NCBI RefSeq assembly: GCF_036365525.1
Contig: NC_090413.1
Location: 28,968,262-29,032,261, forward strand
Source: Heterodontus francisci
Taxonomy: Eukaryota
DNA: 64,000 bases
Direction: 5' to 3'
Position 1 is the first letter of the stretch; each line of letters opens with the position of its first letter. The position numbers were made by a program, and so were the translations under genes. Below the pieces are notes generated by a model, which was not told where the DNA came from, did no database searches, and saw only the letters and a list, made by a program, of their open reading frames with translations. Below are positions 25,061 through 37,560 of the stretch, in pieces.

Positions 25061-26069
25061 TGTTATGATCAGGTGAGGAGGGGTTGCAAGGGTCCCTTCT
25101 TGTCCCTCTCCTTGTTTGACCGCAACAGCGTTTATTTCTTTTTAAACAGTGGATGTGCTTAGCACTTCAGTGAGTGCTTAACCTTTTACCTTTGTTGTGA
25201 TCAGAAAAGAACCAGACAGGTTTTCTGGAGTTTAAACAAGAAAGAGGTGAGTTTATTGTACTTAAGCAAAAATCCTGATTTAGATAAAATAATAAACTAC
25301 GCTGCACTTTCACTCACACACAGGAGAATCACACAGACAAATAGATTACAGCGTGGAGAGGAATAGTTTGGGTTAGAGTCCAGAACAAATAAAATTCATA
25401 TACAGTCTGTGATGTCTGTTAATTTAGTTGTCTTCCAGCTGAATCTGGAGTCTAGATGTTCTTGGAGACAGTGGAGCAGGTGGTCTTCTTCCCGGGGGTC
25501 TTTGTCTTTGATCTTTTCCAGCCAGCAGGCAAGCTTCGAATGCCCAAGGTCACGTCGAGAGAGAGAAGGAGGGGGAAAGACACCCCCGATGGACTCTGCA
25601 CACATCAAAATCTCAGGAGCTTGTCCTTTTGCAAAAGAGTGCTGGTTTTTTACAGCAGGGGATGCAGTCACATGATTGTTCAGTGTCCTCATTAGCAATT
25701 TAATTAGATTTAAGTCTAGCAATTTTCAATTTCTCTGGTCTCATTGTTTCAATGTTTACCCCCTGGAGGTACGTCTCCACTCATGAATGCTTCAAGATGG
25801 CTTTGAAAGTCCTGCTAATGAGGGTAATACTGGATAATCTACTTGACTATTCAAGCCATTGTCCTGGATGGGAGTCTTGTTAGACATGCGCCTCCAATTC
25901 AACGTCCTGGACTGTGAGGTATTTCAATGCAAATTTTAGTGGCCAACTTGGCTGGCAATTTTTTTAAAAGTTCAATGTCGGATTCCAGTTTTCCTTTTTA
26001 AAAGTTTAATGTTGGTTTCCAACCGATTAATTACAAAGTCCTCATTCAACACAGCATGTTTTCTTGACA
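25061..26069. mobile_element. Solo LTR-like element 2
   Basis: TG...CA termini; near-match 4-bp flanks aaac/acac; diverged relative of 23422-24887. Confidence 0.7.
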
Positions 26070-26386
26070 ACACTATTCAGTCACTTGTTTCATACACCTT
26101 TATGATCCTGGAATATCAAGTGTCAGTAATATTCCCTTATAATCAGGAAATATCGGGTGCCTCTAACACTTTCTCATGATCTTGGAATACCAAGTGTCAC
26201 TAAGACATCTTAAGCTGCTTCTCTTTGAGTATCTGTGAATATGCAAATATTTCAAAAACTTCCTAACTTGTCACTCAACGGAAGGGATTTTATTGTTTAA
26301 AGTAAACCTGACATGCTGCAATTTTGACTATCTTGAACTATCAGAATGCTATCAAATCATAATGCCTCCACAACCAGAATCCTTAC

Positions 26387-26680
26387 CAAACACCTCAATG
26401 AAGACGCTATCATTCTTTGGTGGAACTGATGGATATTCCTCAAAATCTGCTGTACAGACGACTTCCATCAGACCAGCCACCTGTGGTTTCCATGTTGTTG
26501 TTGTTCGGACAGTATTAGAATTTGGCCTTGTTGTAACTGAATTCAGTTCTTTACCATCCTGAAACCACCTGACTCTCATCTTCTCAGCAGGATAGACATT
26601 TGGGACCTCACATGTTAACGTGGCCTCTTGCTTCACTTCTATGGGCCTCTTGTCAAGGATTCGAGGTGGATCCAGAAAAG
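26387..26680 (-). CDS. Gene B Ig domain 3 exon
   Basis: tgttgcAG acceptor, G|GTAAGG donor, 294 nt; SFLDPPRI...LTCEVPNVYPAEKMRVRW...VVCTADF. Confidence 0.9.
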
Positions 26681-27495
26681 CTGCAACACAGACAAGGAAT
26701 TCACTTCATTTTGATTTGCTGTGCTGTGATTCAGTTGCTATTGGACTGAGTGGAAAACTGACCAGTACTGGTATTCCCCAATACACACATCCCAGGAGTC
26801 TATCACACTGTTCACTGAGAGAAAACTGGAGCCATCATCAGGAGATCACATACTTTATTTTTTAAATTAATTCTTCCTACTCTTCAGGCAGCCCTAGTAT
26901 CTAAATCTGCTACTTTTGTGCCAGCCACTATGAGTGGTACAGTCTGATGCATTCACCGATTAACCTTTATTGTGATCTTTACTTGTATCTGCTACAACAT
27001 CCCAGTTGAGGCTCAGACCTCAGTGTGGGTGATTCTGGGTGTAAATCTTTCAAGCTTTTTTGCTGCTCCTGCATGGAGAGATTGACTGATCTGCTCCTTG
27101 ACCATCACCTCTACTGACCACTATGAGGTGTGCAAAGCTGTCACATGAGTTTCCTTCAGACATCCCTGTCACTATTAGGAAGCATCTGGCTGCCATCTGG
27201 CAAAAGCAGGAGAGTGATAATATCAACATGTGGGCCATCCTGGAGATAAACATACTTTGCACCAATTTGTTTGTTGCAGAAGAGTAATCAAGCACAGGGA
27301 AAAGCCATTTGGCCCAGAAAGCTCATTTTACTAATGGCTTATCTCTGCGAGCCTAGTATTCAAGCATTGCCTGAAAGATTATTGAGTAAAAGATACCTAC
27401 TATTATCTTCTTAATCTAAAATAAAATTAGGTTTGGCTTATCTATAGCATTTAATATTTTATGAGGGTGTCCTTTAGCCTTTCTCTCTACATACG

Positions 27496-27672
27496 TTAAT
27501 TGGCCATTATAAATTGCCCCTAGTATAGGTAGAATGTAGGGATAGGTGGGGATGTGGTAGGAATATGGAATTAGTGCAGGATTAGTATAAATGGGTGGTT
27601 GATGGTCGGCACAGACTCGGTGGGCCAAAGGGCCTGTTTCAGTGCTGTATCTCTAAACTAAACTAAACTAAA
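27496..27672 (+). mobile_element. 5'-truncated HE1-type SINE
   Basis: Matches 24541-24721 including the (taaac)n tail. Confidence 0.85.
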
Positions 27673-27749
27673 CTGCAGAGCTCATCTTGACACCAGGAAT
27701 CAGACAGGGGCCTTGGATGATATTTTAGCGTAAAGTTACTAAGATCTTA

Positions 27750-28240
27750 GGTTGGGCCTGTACTCTCTGGAATTTAGAAGAATGCGAGGTGATTTCATTT
27801 GAGACATACAAGATTCGCAGGGTGTGGTTTGACAGGGTAGATTCTGAGAGCTTGTTTCTTCTGGCTGGAGAGTCCAGAAATAGTGGCCATAGGATAAGGG
27901 ATCAATCACTTCAGACTGAAATAAGGAGGAATTTCTTCACTCGAAGGGTTGTGAATTTTCCGGGTTCTCTACCCCAGATGGCTGTTGATGCTCAGTCATT
28001 CAGTGTATTCAAGGCAGAGATAGAAAGATTTTTGGGCCATTGTTTTACCACCATGGCGGAACTCCCAACGTTGGGACTCAATGCGGGTTCCAGACCTGCG
28101 TAGGTGGTCAGTGAGACTGTGACGGCAATTTTACAGGCAGCGGCCAATTAAGAGGCTGTCACCTTGATCGTATTGAATGGCAGGACAGGCTCAAGAGGCC
28201 GTATGGCCTACTCCTGCTCCTATTCCATATGTTCTTATGT
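27750..28240 (+). mobile_element. CR1 3' fragment (interrupted at ~28035-28165)
   Basis: RRNFFTRRVVN motif; tail ggcctactcctgctcctatt. Confidence 0.75.
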
Positions 28241-28524
28241 CTTGCAAATACTTTGTTAACCCATTCAAACTAAGCTTTGTGCACGGCCTTGCTGGTTAAA
28301 GGATTTGCAGTAATTTACTGAAACACTTTAGACAAATGAGAAAACTGCATATTTGAAGTGGGTCCAAGATGAACAATTCTTATCCAACACATTTTGTGTT
28401 ATGGATAAAACAGGAGCTAAATCAGAAGATTCCCTAAATTGCTTCCCACTGTTTATTCTCTACAAATTATAGATAATTAACCCATTCTTAAAAAGAGAAC
28501 ATTTCTTGTTCAAGTGGAACTTAC

Positions 28525-28839
28525 AGTAAGTTTGCAGAGTCACAGAGGAGTTTGTGATTGGTTTTGTGGTGTTTAAACCCAAGTCCACCTCTGCCAAGCA
28601 GGTGTACTCCTGTCCATCACCTGACATACTTGCAGTGAATTGGAAGATGTTCCTCAGTCTTTTATCATCATCCGGGAAACCTTCTTCTCCTGTGAAATTC
28701 CTCTGAACAATCTCACTCCCTCTCAGCCATGTGAGTTTGAGTTTATTGTTTGGATAGACCCTCGGACCAATACACTCCAGACTATATGTCTTGTTAACTT
28801 CCAGCACTTCAGGAGGTGATGTAATGTTTAACTCTCGAT
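28525..28839 (-). CDS. Gene B Ig domain 2 exon
   Basis: ttttaacAG acceptor, T|GTAAGT donor, 315 nt; NRELNITSPPEVLEVNKTYSLECIGPRVYPNNKLKLTW...DGQEYTCLAEV. Confidence 0.92.
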
Positions 28840-29229
28840 CTGTTAAAAGAAGTTAACAGGAATCATTGAAACAATATGTATCTGAACACAACCAGTTTAC
28901 TCCTCTTTCCCCTCAACATATGTACATTTCACTCAGCAAGCAAATCGTCCATGTGTGCAGTAAAAGTTATCCCAAAAAAATGCCTGTGGTCCAACAAATC
29001 CCATTAATGTTCTTTTTCCATGATTTTCCTCAATCTACACTAAACCAGCAGCATTTTTCTAGGATCCCGATTAAAAGCACTGAAATTAGCACTGATAGTT
29101 TAATTTTTTAGTCATTGCCATCCGATAACAGAATGATACAGCAGTTTCTGTGCTATAAATCTCTATGAGAAGGAGGCTATTCTGCCCATCCTGCCTGTGC
29201 TGGTCCTCTGTACAACCATCCTAACCAGG

Positions 29230-29950
29230 TAAGGACAGCATTTGACTCGCTTTTAATTCCTGCAGTGATGTCCTGGGGCTGAGATAATTGGTCTCCATCA
29301 ACCACAACCATCTTCCTTTCTGCAATCAGATCAGCGTGATCTCGAATAGTGGAGCAGACTCGAGGGGCCGAGTGGCCTACTCCTGCTCCTAATTCGTATG
29401 TTCGTATGTAAGGTATGACTCCAGCTAGTGAAGAATATTCCCCCAATTCCCATTAACTTCAATATTAAGAGGGCTCCTTAATGGCAAACATGGTCAAATG
29501 CTGCCTTGATGTCAAGAGCAGTCACTCTCAACTCACGTCTAGAATTTGGCTCTTTTGCTCATGTTTGGATAAAGGCTATAATGAGGTTTGGAGATGAACA
29601 GTCCCGGCAGAACCAAAACTAAGCAGGTTATTGGTGAGTAAGTGCCACTCTCTAGCATAGTCGAATACAGCTTGTATCACTTTACTGATGATTGAGAGTA
29701 GACTGATTGGGCAGTAATTGCCTGGGTTGGATTTGTCCTGATTTCTGTGGGCAATACCTGGGCAATTTTCCAAATTGTTGCGTAGCTGCCAATGTTGTAG
29801 CAGTACTGGAACACTTTGGCTGGGTCACGGCTCGTTTTGCAGCACAAGTCTTCAGTATTGCAGCCGGAATGTTGTCAGGACCCATAGCCTTTGCAGTATC
29901 CAGTGCCTTCAGCCATTTCTTAATATCATATGGATTGAATCGAAATGGCT
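29230..29950 (-). mobile_element. Internal fragment of the tRNA-headed LINE family
   Basis: MGPDNIPA and DKSNPGNYCPISLLSIISKV motifs match 52620-52840. Confidence 0.8.
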
Positions 29951-31821
29951 GAAAATTAGTGAGTTATACATATGGCCACGAACGCTGTGAAATTACTTGG
30001 CAATCCAAATGTTGGAATGCAATTTATAGACGCAATTCCATCAGAAAAACATATTTACATTCAAGAATTCCTGCTTTTGCAAATTCAAGCACATTCACTT
30101 CAGTTTGACTCCAGACAAAGTTGTGCCCAGTTTGGGATCCCATTTCCAGCTATTGCCATTTGTTTCAGTGATCAACACTGAGGGGCAGTTACCTTACATT
30201 AAAATAATTCACACTGAGTGGGTATGGCGGTGGTGGAGGAAAAAAATCTTACCTGAAAGGATGTGGTGCTGGTGAGTCGCTTTCTTGAATCGTTGCATTT
30301 TCAGTGGTGAAGGCACTCCCATATATCTGATCTCAGCTGATGTTAGAGCTTTAGATGCGAATGCTATCAGCTTTCCTTCTTGTACCAGGGCTGCTCCCTT
30401 TCCTTTTGTAGAAGCATCTACTTGCAGAGTGATGGGTTTGCTGCGTTGTCGTGTGACCAACTTGTCTCCTTGGATATTACTCCTTTGCGTTTACTGAAAC
30501 TCCTCTCATGTGACTCTGACTATTGGTACTCAACATCTTTCATCAGCTCTTGTAGGTTTGCTGTGTGCTCTGGCATGTGAGGGATGAAAGAGTTTATGTA
30601 CTGGATCAAGCCAAGCAAACTCTTCAGCTCTCTCTTGTCTTGGAGCTTCCATCTCAGAGATAGTTGTGACTTTTTCAGGACTCAGCTTGACTCCATCAGG
30701 TGTGTACACCATTCCAAAGAACTGGCATTCTGTCACCTTTACAATGCATTTGTTTGCTTGATCCCAGCTTTTCTGGTTCTCTCCATGGCTTCATGTAGGT
30801 GGTAGTTGTGGTCTTTCTCATCTACACCATCAACCGGGGTATCATCAGGTATGCCGATTGCTCCTTTGCATCTCCTGTGTGTCTCATCTAATTTCTTCTG
30901 GAACACATCCTGGCTCACTTTAAGGCCAAAAGGTAGATGCAGGAATTTGTACCGTCCAAAGAGTGTGTTGAATGTTGTCAACACCGAAGGGTCCTCACCA
31001 GGCTTCACATTCCAGTAGCTGTTTCTGGCATCAAGCTTGCTGAAAACTTTTGCCCCTGCCAGTGCTGGTATGATCTCTTCCAGTGTTGGAGAAGAGTAGT
31101 GATTCCTCTATATTGCTTGATGAAGATCGTTAGGAGCCAGACAAACTCGTAGCTATCCATTTGGCTTCTTTTTCACCATGATGGAATTTACCCAATCTGT
31201 CGGCTCTGTGACTCTGGCAATCACTTTATTTTTTTCCATCTCTGATGTTCTCTTTCAAGCTTTCCTTTTAGCTCTATTGGTAATTTACGTGGGGGTGAAT
31301 CACTGGTTTCTTCTCTGGGTCAATGTGATGTGATACTCAAAGTCTTCAAAGCATCCAAGCGTCTCACCAAAACACTCTGGATGCAGTTGGACCAGATCTT
31401 CCTTGCTTCTGATCGGAGGGTGCTTTTCAATGGGTGTACTACCTTCAACCTTCATTGATGCCTCCTTCATCTTACAGTTTACCAAGATCAGCTGCAGCTC
31501 TTGACAACTGTTTAACCCCAGGATAGCTGAACCATCCGTTTCAGTGATGTAGAATATACAGTTACCGTATTTTCCTTTGTGCGTCCCTCGGATTTGGGTC
31601 ATTCCCAGGTTGAATCTCAGTTCCATCATAGACTGTCAGCATGGTGTTGCTTGGTTTCAGAGCATCTTTATTTCGGTAACCATTCTCTTTCAAATTTTCG
31701 GGAAGGATCTTCTGGTAGAGTCTGAGCAGGGTAATGTTACTCAGTGTTCCAGGATCAAGGTTCAGCTTCAGGTTTATGTTTATGGGCTTACCTCTCACCT
31801 TCTTCCTGATCCATAACATTC

Positions 31822-32588
31822 ACGGCACACAAGTGCCAGGAAATATCATCTCAAACAAGAGGGAATCTAACCATCTCCCCTTGATGTTCAATGGCATTAC
31901 CATCACTGACTCCCCCACTGTCAACATCCTGGGGGCTATCATTGACCAGAAACTGAACTGGACCATCCACATAAATAATGTGGCTACAAGAGTATATCAG
32001 AGGCTGGAAATTCTGCGGCAAGTAACTCACCTCCTGTCTCCCCAGTGCCTGTCCACCATCTACAAGGCACAAGTCAGGAGTGTGATGGAATACTCTCCAC
32101 TTGCCTGGATGGGTACAGCTCCAACAACACTCAAGAAGCTCAACACCATCCAAGACAAAGCAGCCCGCTTGATTGGCACTCCATTCACCACTTTCAACAT
32201 TAAGTCCCTTCACCACCAACACACAGTGGCAGCAGTGTGTACCATCTATAAGATGCACTGCAGCAGCTCACCAAGGCTTCTTCAGCAGGACCTTCCAAAC
32301 CTGTAACTTCTACCACACAGACGCACAAGGGCAACAGATGCATGGGAACACCACCACCTGCAAGTTCCCCTCCAAGACACACAACATCCTAACTTGGAAC
32401 TATATTGCCGTCGCTGGGTCAAAATCCTAGAACTCCTTTCCTAACAGCAGTGTGGGTATACTTACACCTCAAACACTAGAGTGGTGCAAGAAGGCAGCTC
32501 ACCACCATCTTCTCATGGGCAATTTGGGATGGGCAATACATGTTAACCTCGCCAGCGGTGCACACATCCCATGAACGAATAAAAAAAA
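31822..32588 (+). mobile_element. 3' fragment of the tRNA-headed LINE family nested in the Gypsy element
   Basis: ISNKRESNHLPL and IYKAQVRSVMEYSPLAW motifs; A-rich tail. Confidence 0.88.
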
Positions 32589-33254
32589 GGTTGTGTAAAT
32601 TTCTTTCCTTTGGGAACTTTCACAACCAGACATTTCATGTAGTTCTCTGGTTCCGATGTGTACTGTGTCCTCAAACACCTCATCCTCATCCAGGGTATGG
32701 ATGTTTTGGTTTCTTTTATTTCTCATTTGCCCTCTTTCTCTGCCTCTGGTAATTCCTTTCCCATTTACTTTCTTTGTCCTGCACATCTTTTCCTCGTGAT
32801 TGGGCTTTTCACAAGCTGTGCAGTTTGATACATATGCAGGAAATTTCTTTCTGTTTGTGAACTCGTGTAGTCATCCACACCTCTTGCACAACTTTCTCTC
32901 TCTCTGGTGTGCATTTCTTTGTTGCTGTTTCACTGCATCAACCCTGCTTCCTTTGCCTTGACTTAACTGAAGGTTAGCCTTTTGGTTAATCAGTGTCTTC
33001 ATCTGTCCACTAGTGGCTTCATGTGCTCTGGCAATGTGTATAGCCTGCAATATTGTAAGCTTGTCCTTTCCAATTAAAACTTTTTGTACATCAGTGTATA
33101 CAGAGCCCCTTTCACATGTGTCCTTGAATTTACATTTGCTGGCTACATTTCTTAATCTCGTTAAGATATTGTTGATAGGTTTACCTAGTTCCTGTCTCAG
33201 GCACTGAATTTCGTAATTGTGGATCCGATGGTTTGACTTTGGCTGAACACAAGA

Positions 33255-33960
33255 ACTCAAAAAACAGAAGCAGAAGTAGACCATATGGCCCATTGAGCCT
33301 GCTCCGCCATTCAACATGATCATGGCTGACCCTGGGCTTCAACTCCACTTTCCTGCCTGCTACCCATACCCTTGCTTCCCTGCGAGACCAAAAGCCTATC
33401 TATTCCAGTCTTAAATGTATTCAACGATGGAGCATCCACAACCCTCTGGGGTAGGGAATTCGAAAGATTCACAACCCTTTGAGTGCAGTAATTTCTCCTC
33501 ATCTCAGTCCTGAATGATTGGCCCCTTATCCTGACACGGTGTCCCCACATTCTAGATTCCCCGACCAGCGGAAACAATCTCTCAGCTTCTACCTCATCAA
33601 GCCCTGTCAGATTCTTGTATGTCTCAATGAGATCGCCTCCCATTCTTCTAAACCCCAGAGAATATTGGCCCAGTTTACTCAGCCTGTCATCATAGGACAA
33701 CCCCCTCATCCCAGGGACCAAGTTAGTAAATCTTCACTGCACTGCCTCCAGTGCAAGTATATCCTTTCCTAAATGTGGAGACCAAATCTGCACACTGTAT
33801 TCTAGGTGCGGTCTCAAAGCCCTGTACAATTTTAGTAAGACATCTTTCTTCCTGCACTCCAATCCCTTTGCAATAAAGGCCAACATGCATTTGCCTTCCA
33901 AATAGCCTGCTGCACCTGCATGTTAACTTTGTGTGTTCCTTGTACGAGTACCCCCAGGTC
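33255..33960 (-). mobile_element. CR1 3' fragment nested in Gypsy gag
   Basis: ORF 33320-33721 with GDLIETYK and TQRVVNL motifs. Confidence 0.85.
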
Positions 33961-34282
33961 TTTTCCTCTACACTGGGGCCTTTCAGAAAACTACTGAATG
34001 TCAACTTGCACTTTTACTCAAACTTTTCGAATGCTTCCACAACGTCATTGGCCTCCCATTTCAACACAGGCTGGAACTGTGTGTTCATTGCTGTGGCAGC
34101 GGCTGACTTGTTTTACACACGATTTACACTTTTGTTTTCTGGTACTACCCGTTTCCCACCAGTGCAGGTCAGTACCTGACCTAATACACTGCAGTACTAT
34201 TCATAGTCTAAAATATTTCACACTGCCTTCCACCCTACTTAAGATTCTGCAATCAACTGTTAGAACAAGAGTTTTCACTTAC

Positions 34283-34558
34283 TGTATACTGTGACCACCT
34301 TTTTCTCCTCCTTCAGCTGACGACCGTCTGATTTACAGATTACACTGCATGGTGCTGCAAAATCCCATTTCTGCACACTCGGGAAATAATCTGTGGACCA
34401 GTTAGTGCCATTTCTTCTGTTTGGATGTATCCCTGATTTATATTCCACTGTCATTATCGGTTCTGCACATGTTGTACTGCAGTTCACCTCTAAAGAGTCT
34501 CCAAATTCCACAGCTGAGGGGTTTGTGTCAATCCAAACCTCAAATCCAGTTACACTTG
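34283..34558 (-). CDS. Gene B Ig domain 1 exon (ICAM-type 4-Cys N-terminal domain)
   Basis: ccctgacAG acceptor, A|GTAAGT donor, 276 nt; SVTGFEVWIDTNPSAVEFGDSLEVNCSTTCAEPIMTVE...W...APCSVIC...VTVY. Confidence 0.9.
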
Positions 34559-34709
34559 CTGTCAGGGAAAAAACTCACAGTAAACATGGGATATGGAATC
34601 CATTCAATATAGGACCTGTTAAGAGTAACTCCCTGAAATAATAGCACATTTCTAATTAGCCCAATAGGCAGGTTGCTTTTTGAAAGCAAGACACATATTC
34701 TGTGCAATT

Positions 34710-36500
34710 CGTAGAACCATAGAAATTTACAGTACAGATGGAAGCCATTCAGCCCATCGAGTCCATGCTAAGTGAAAAGAGCTATCCTGCTTAATCCCAC
34801 ATTCCTGCTCTTGGTCTGCAGCCCTGTAGATTACGGCACTTCAATTGCATCTGTGATGAGGGGTTTTGCCTCTACCACCCTATTGGGCAGAGATTTCCAA
34901 TCCCCCCACATCCTCTGGCGAAATGATTTCTCCTCAACTCCTCTCTAAACCTGCTACCAATCACTTTAAATCTATCCCCCTGATAATTGTTTCTCTGCTC
35001 AGTGAAATAGGCCCTTCCTATCCACTCTATCTAGGTCCCTCATGATTTTACACATCTCAATTAAATTCCCCCTCAGCCTCCTCTGTTTCAAAGAAAACAA
35101 CCCCAACCTACCCAATCTTTGCTCATAGCTAAAATTCTCCAGTCCTGGCAACATCCTTGCAAACCTGCTCTATACACTCTCAAGTGTGATCACATCCTTC
35201 CTGTAATGCGGTGACTAGAACTATACTCAGTATTCTAGCTGTGGCCTAACTAGTGTTTTATACAGTTCTCGCATCACCTCCCAGCTCTTATAATTGATGC
35301 CTCAGCGAATAAAGGAAAGTATTCTGTATACCTTCTTAACAAACTTACCTACCTGTCCTACTACCTTCAGGGATTTGTGGGCATGCACTCCAAGGTCCCT
35401 CTGTCCCTTTACATTTCACCGTATCCTACCATTTATTGTGTATTCCCTTGCCTTGTTTACCCTCCCCAAATGCACAGCCAGGTTTTCCATCATTTTCACA
35501 CATCTTACTCATACCCCCTATATTTAAGTCTAAATTATTTATATGTAGCATGAAAAGCAAGAGACCTCATACTGCGCCCTTCAGAACCCCACAGGAAACA
35601 GCTCTCCAGTCACAAAAACACCTTTCGACCATGATCCTTTGCTTCCTGCTACTGAGACAATTTTGGATCCAATTTGCAACTTTCCCTTTGATCCCATGGG
35701 CTTTTACTTTTCTGACCAGTCTGCCTTATGAGACCTCGTTGAAAGCCTTGTTAAAATCCATCCAAACTACATCAAATGCAATACCCTGATCAACCCTCCT
35801 TATTACCTCCTCAAAAAATTCAATCAAGTTAGTCAGACTCTACCTTCCCTTAATAAATCCAAGCTGACTATCTTTAATTAATCTGTAATAAAAACAAGAA
35901 ATGCTGGAATCACTCAGCAGGTCTGGCAGCATCTGTGGAAAGAGAAGCAGAGTTAACGTTTCAGGTCAGTGACCCTTCTTTGGAACTGGCAAATTTTGGA
36001 AATGTCGAAGGTTATTAGCAAGTAAAGCGGGGGTGGGGCAAGAGATAACAAAGGAGAAGGTGTAGATAGGTCAAGGCCACAGAATAGCTGATCAGAAGGT
36101 CATGGCGCAAAGGCAAACAATATGTTAATGGTGTGTTGAAGGACAAAGCATTAGTACAGATAGGGTGTTAAGGGACTGAAATTTGAACAGCAGCAAGTAC
36201 AAACATGAAAAAAAAAGTGGGTAAGCAAACTGAAGAAACTAAGATGAAATAAAATAAACATACAAAAAATGTAAGAAATGTAAAAAAGTAAAAAATAACC
36301 AAAAATAAAAGTAAAATGGGGGGCCTGTCATGCTCTGAAATTATTGAACTCAATGTTCAGTCCAGCAGGCTGTGGTGTGCCGAATCGGTGCCTTTAATTA
36401 ATCTGTGCATTCCTAAATGATGATTTATACTGTCTCTCAGAATTTTTACTACTAATTTGCCCACCTTCGAGTTTAGGCTGACTTGCCATTTAGTTGCCCT
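34710..36500 (-). mobile_element. CR1 LINE fragment interrupted by a Penelope fragment
   Basis: Antisense CR1 RT similarity and a CR1 tail near 34715-34770. Confidence 0.8.
35887..36391 (-). mobile_element. 5'-truncated Penelope 3' fragment
   Basis: Homologous to 8390-8920; 15-bp TSD ctttaattaatctgt at 35872-35886/36392-36406. Confidence 0.88.
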
Positions 36501-37319
36501 CACTGCACCCCTTGCTGTTACTGCATCAATATGATATATCAGCCTATTTCCATGCAACATCCTTTAAGATATAAACATTTCTCATCTCAAATATTGGCTT
36601 CTCTTGTTCGCACATCAAATATTTTCCATCAAAATCAACTTAATAATGACAATCAAAGTGCTCTGAAAGGGGTAGATCTTACCGACAACCTGCACTGAAC
36701 TGTTGTTTGAGGAGGTGACATCCCAGATTAGTGGAAGAAACTAGTTGACATAGAATCAGAGAATAGGGAAATTGTTTCTATAGGCACTCACTGAGCATCC
36801 AACAAGCACTGTTCCTCAGATGTGATGCTCACAGGAGGGGACAGCTGCTTTATTCTATCTTAGACCAATTGAAATAACCCTTAGTAACTCCAGACTGAGG
36901 CCTGCCCTCTAAGTGGACCATGCACCTAAATGTTGGGCAGGAAATCCCGGAGCATCTGTCAGCCTCAGCCTTGGAAAGCCACAGCCAGAAGGCTTTGAAT
37001 GCTTTAAATCATCCTGCGGTTAGGGAGGAAGTGGTGAAAAATTGAAACACAAAACTGCCTGGATTAACTTTCACCTGCCCTTGGACCTCCGCAGAACCCT
37101 TTCACATTATTGAAAAGGTTATACTGGGTCCAAGCCTGCTACAGCCACAAGCCCAGTTGAATCCAGTGCGGAAATCACAGGGCAATGGGAGCAAAATTCA
37201 CATAAAAGGATTTTGCCCATTTTCCACGTCCATTATTTAGGAGATTGTCAGTTTCCAGATGTAGAACTGAACTGCATACTCTCAGGTAATAAACTGTGAG
37301 GCCCACGTGAGAATGGCAT

Positions 37320-37560
37320 CAAGACCTTCTTTGCACAAGAGTGCACTGCTGCCTGACTAATGTGACAAAATTCATCTGAGGTTCCTTGGAAGGTTCCAAT
37401 GGCAAAACATATTCACGGCAATGGTCACTTTCATTGCTACAGATAATGCTGTGGTCCTGGTAGAGGTGGCTGCAGGTCTTGAACCAGAAGCTGGTATAAT
37501 TCCCCAACACTCCCCTGAGCATTAATGGGAAATTTAAATAAGACGTTGTAGATCTATACA
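37320..37560 (-). mobile_element. PIF/Harbinger transposase remnant
   Basis: Minus-strand translation ALSVAMKVTIAVNMF/(frameshift)AIGTFQGTSDEFCHISQAAVHSC resembles the HARBI1-type HTH region. Confidence 0.6.

Larger units (their letters stand above)
30315..34150 (-). mobile_element. Degenerate Gypsy/Ty3 LTR retrotransposon internal region (gag-PR-RT-RNaseH), interrupted by two LINEs
   Basis: RNaseH LQVDAS...IAFASKALTSAEIRY; RT TTFNTLFGRYKFLHLPFGLKVSQDVFQ; protease-like LDPG; gag with CKRCG knuckle; order fits Gypsy. Confidence 0.85.
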
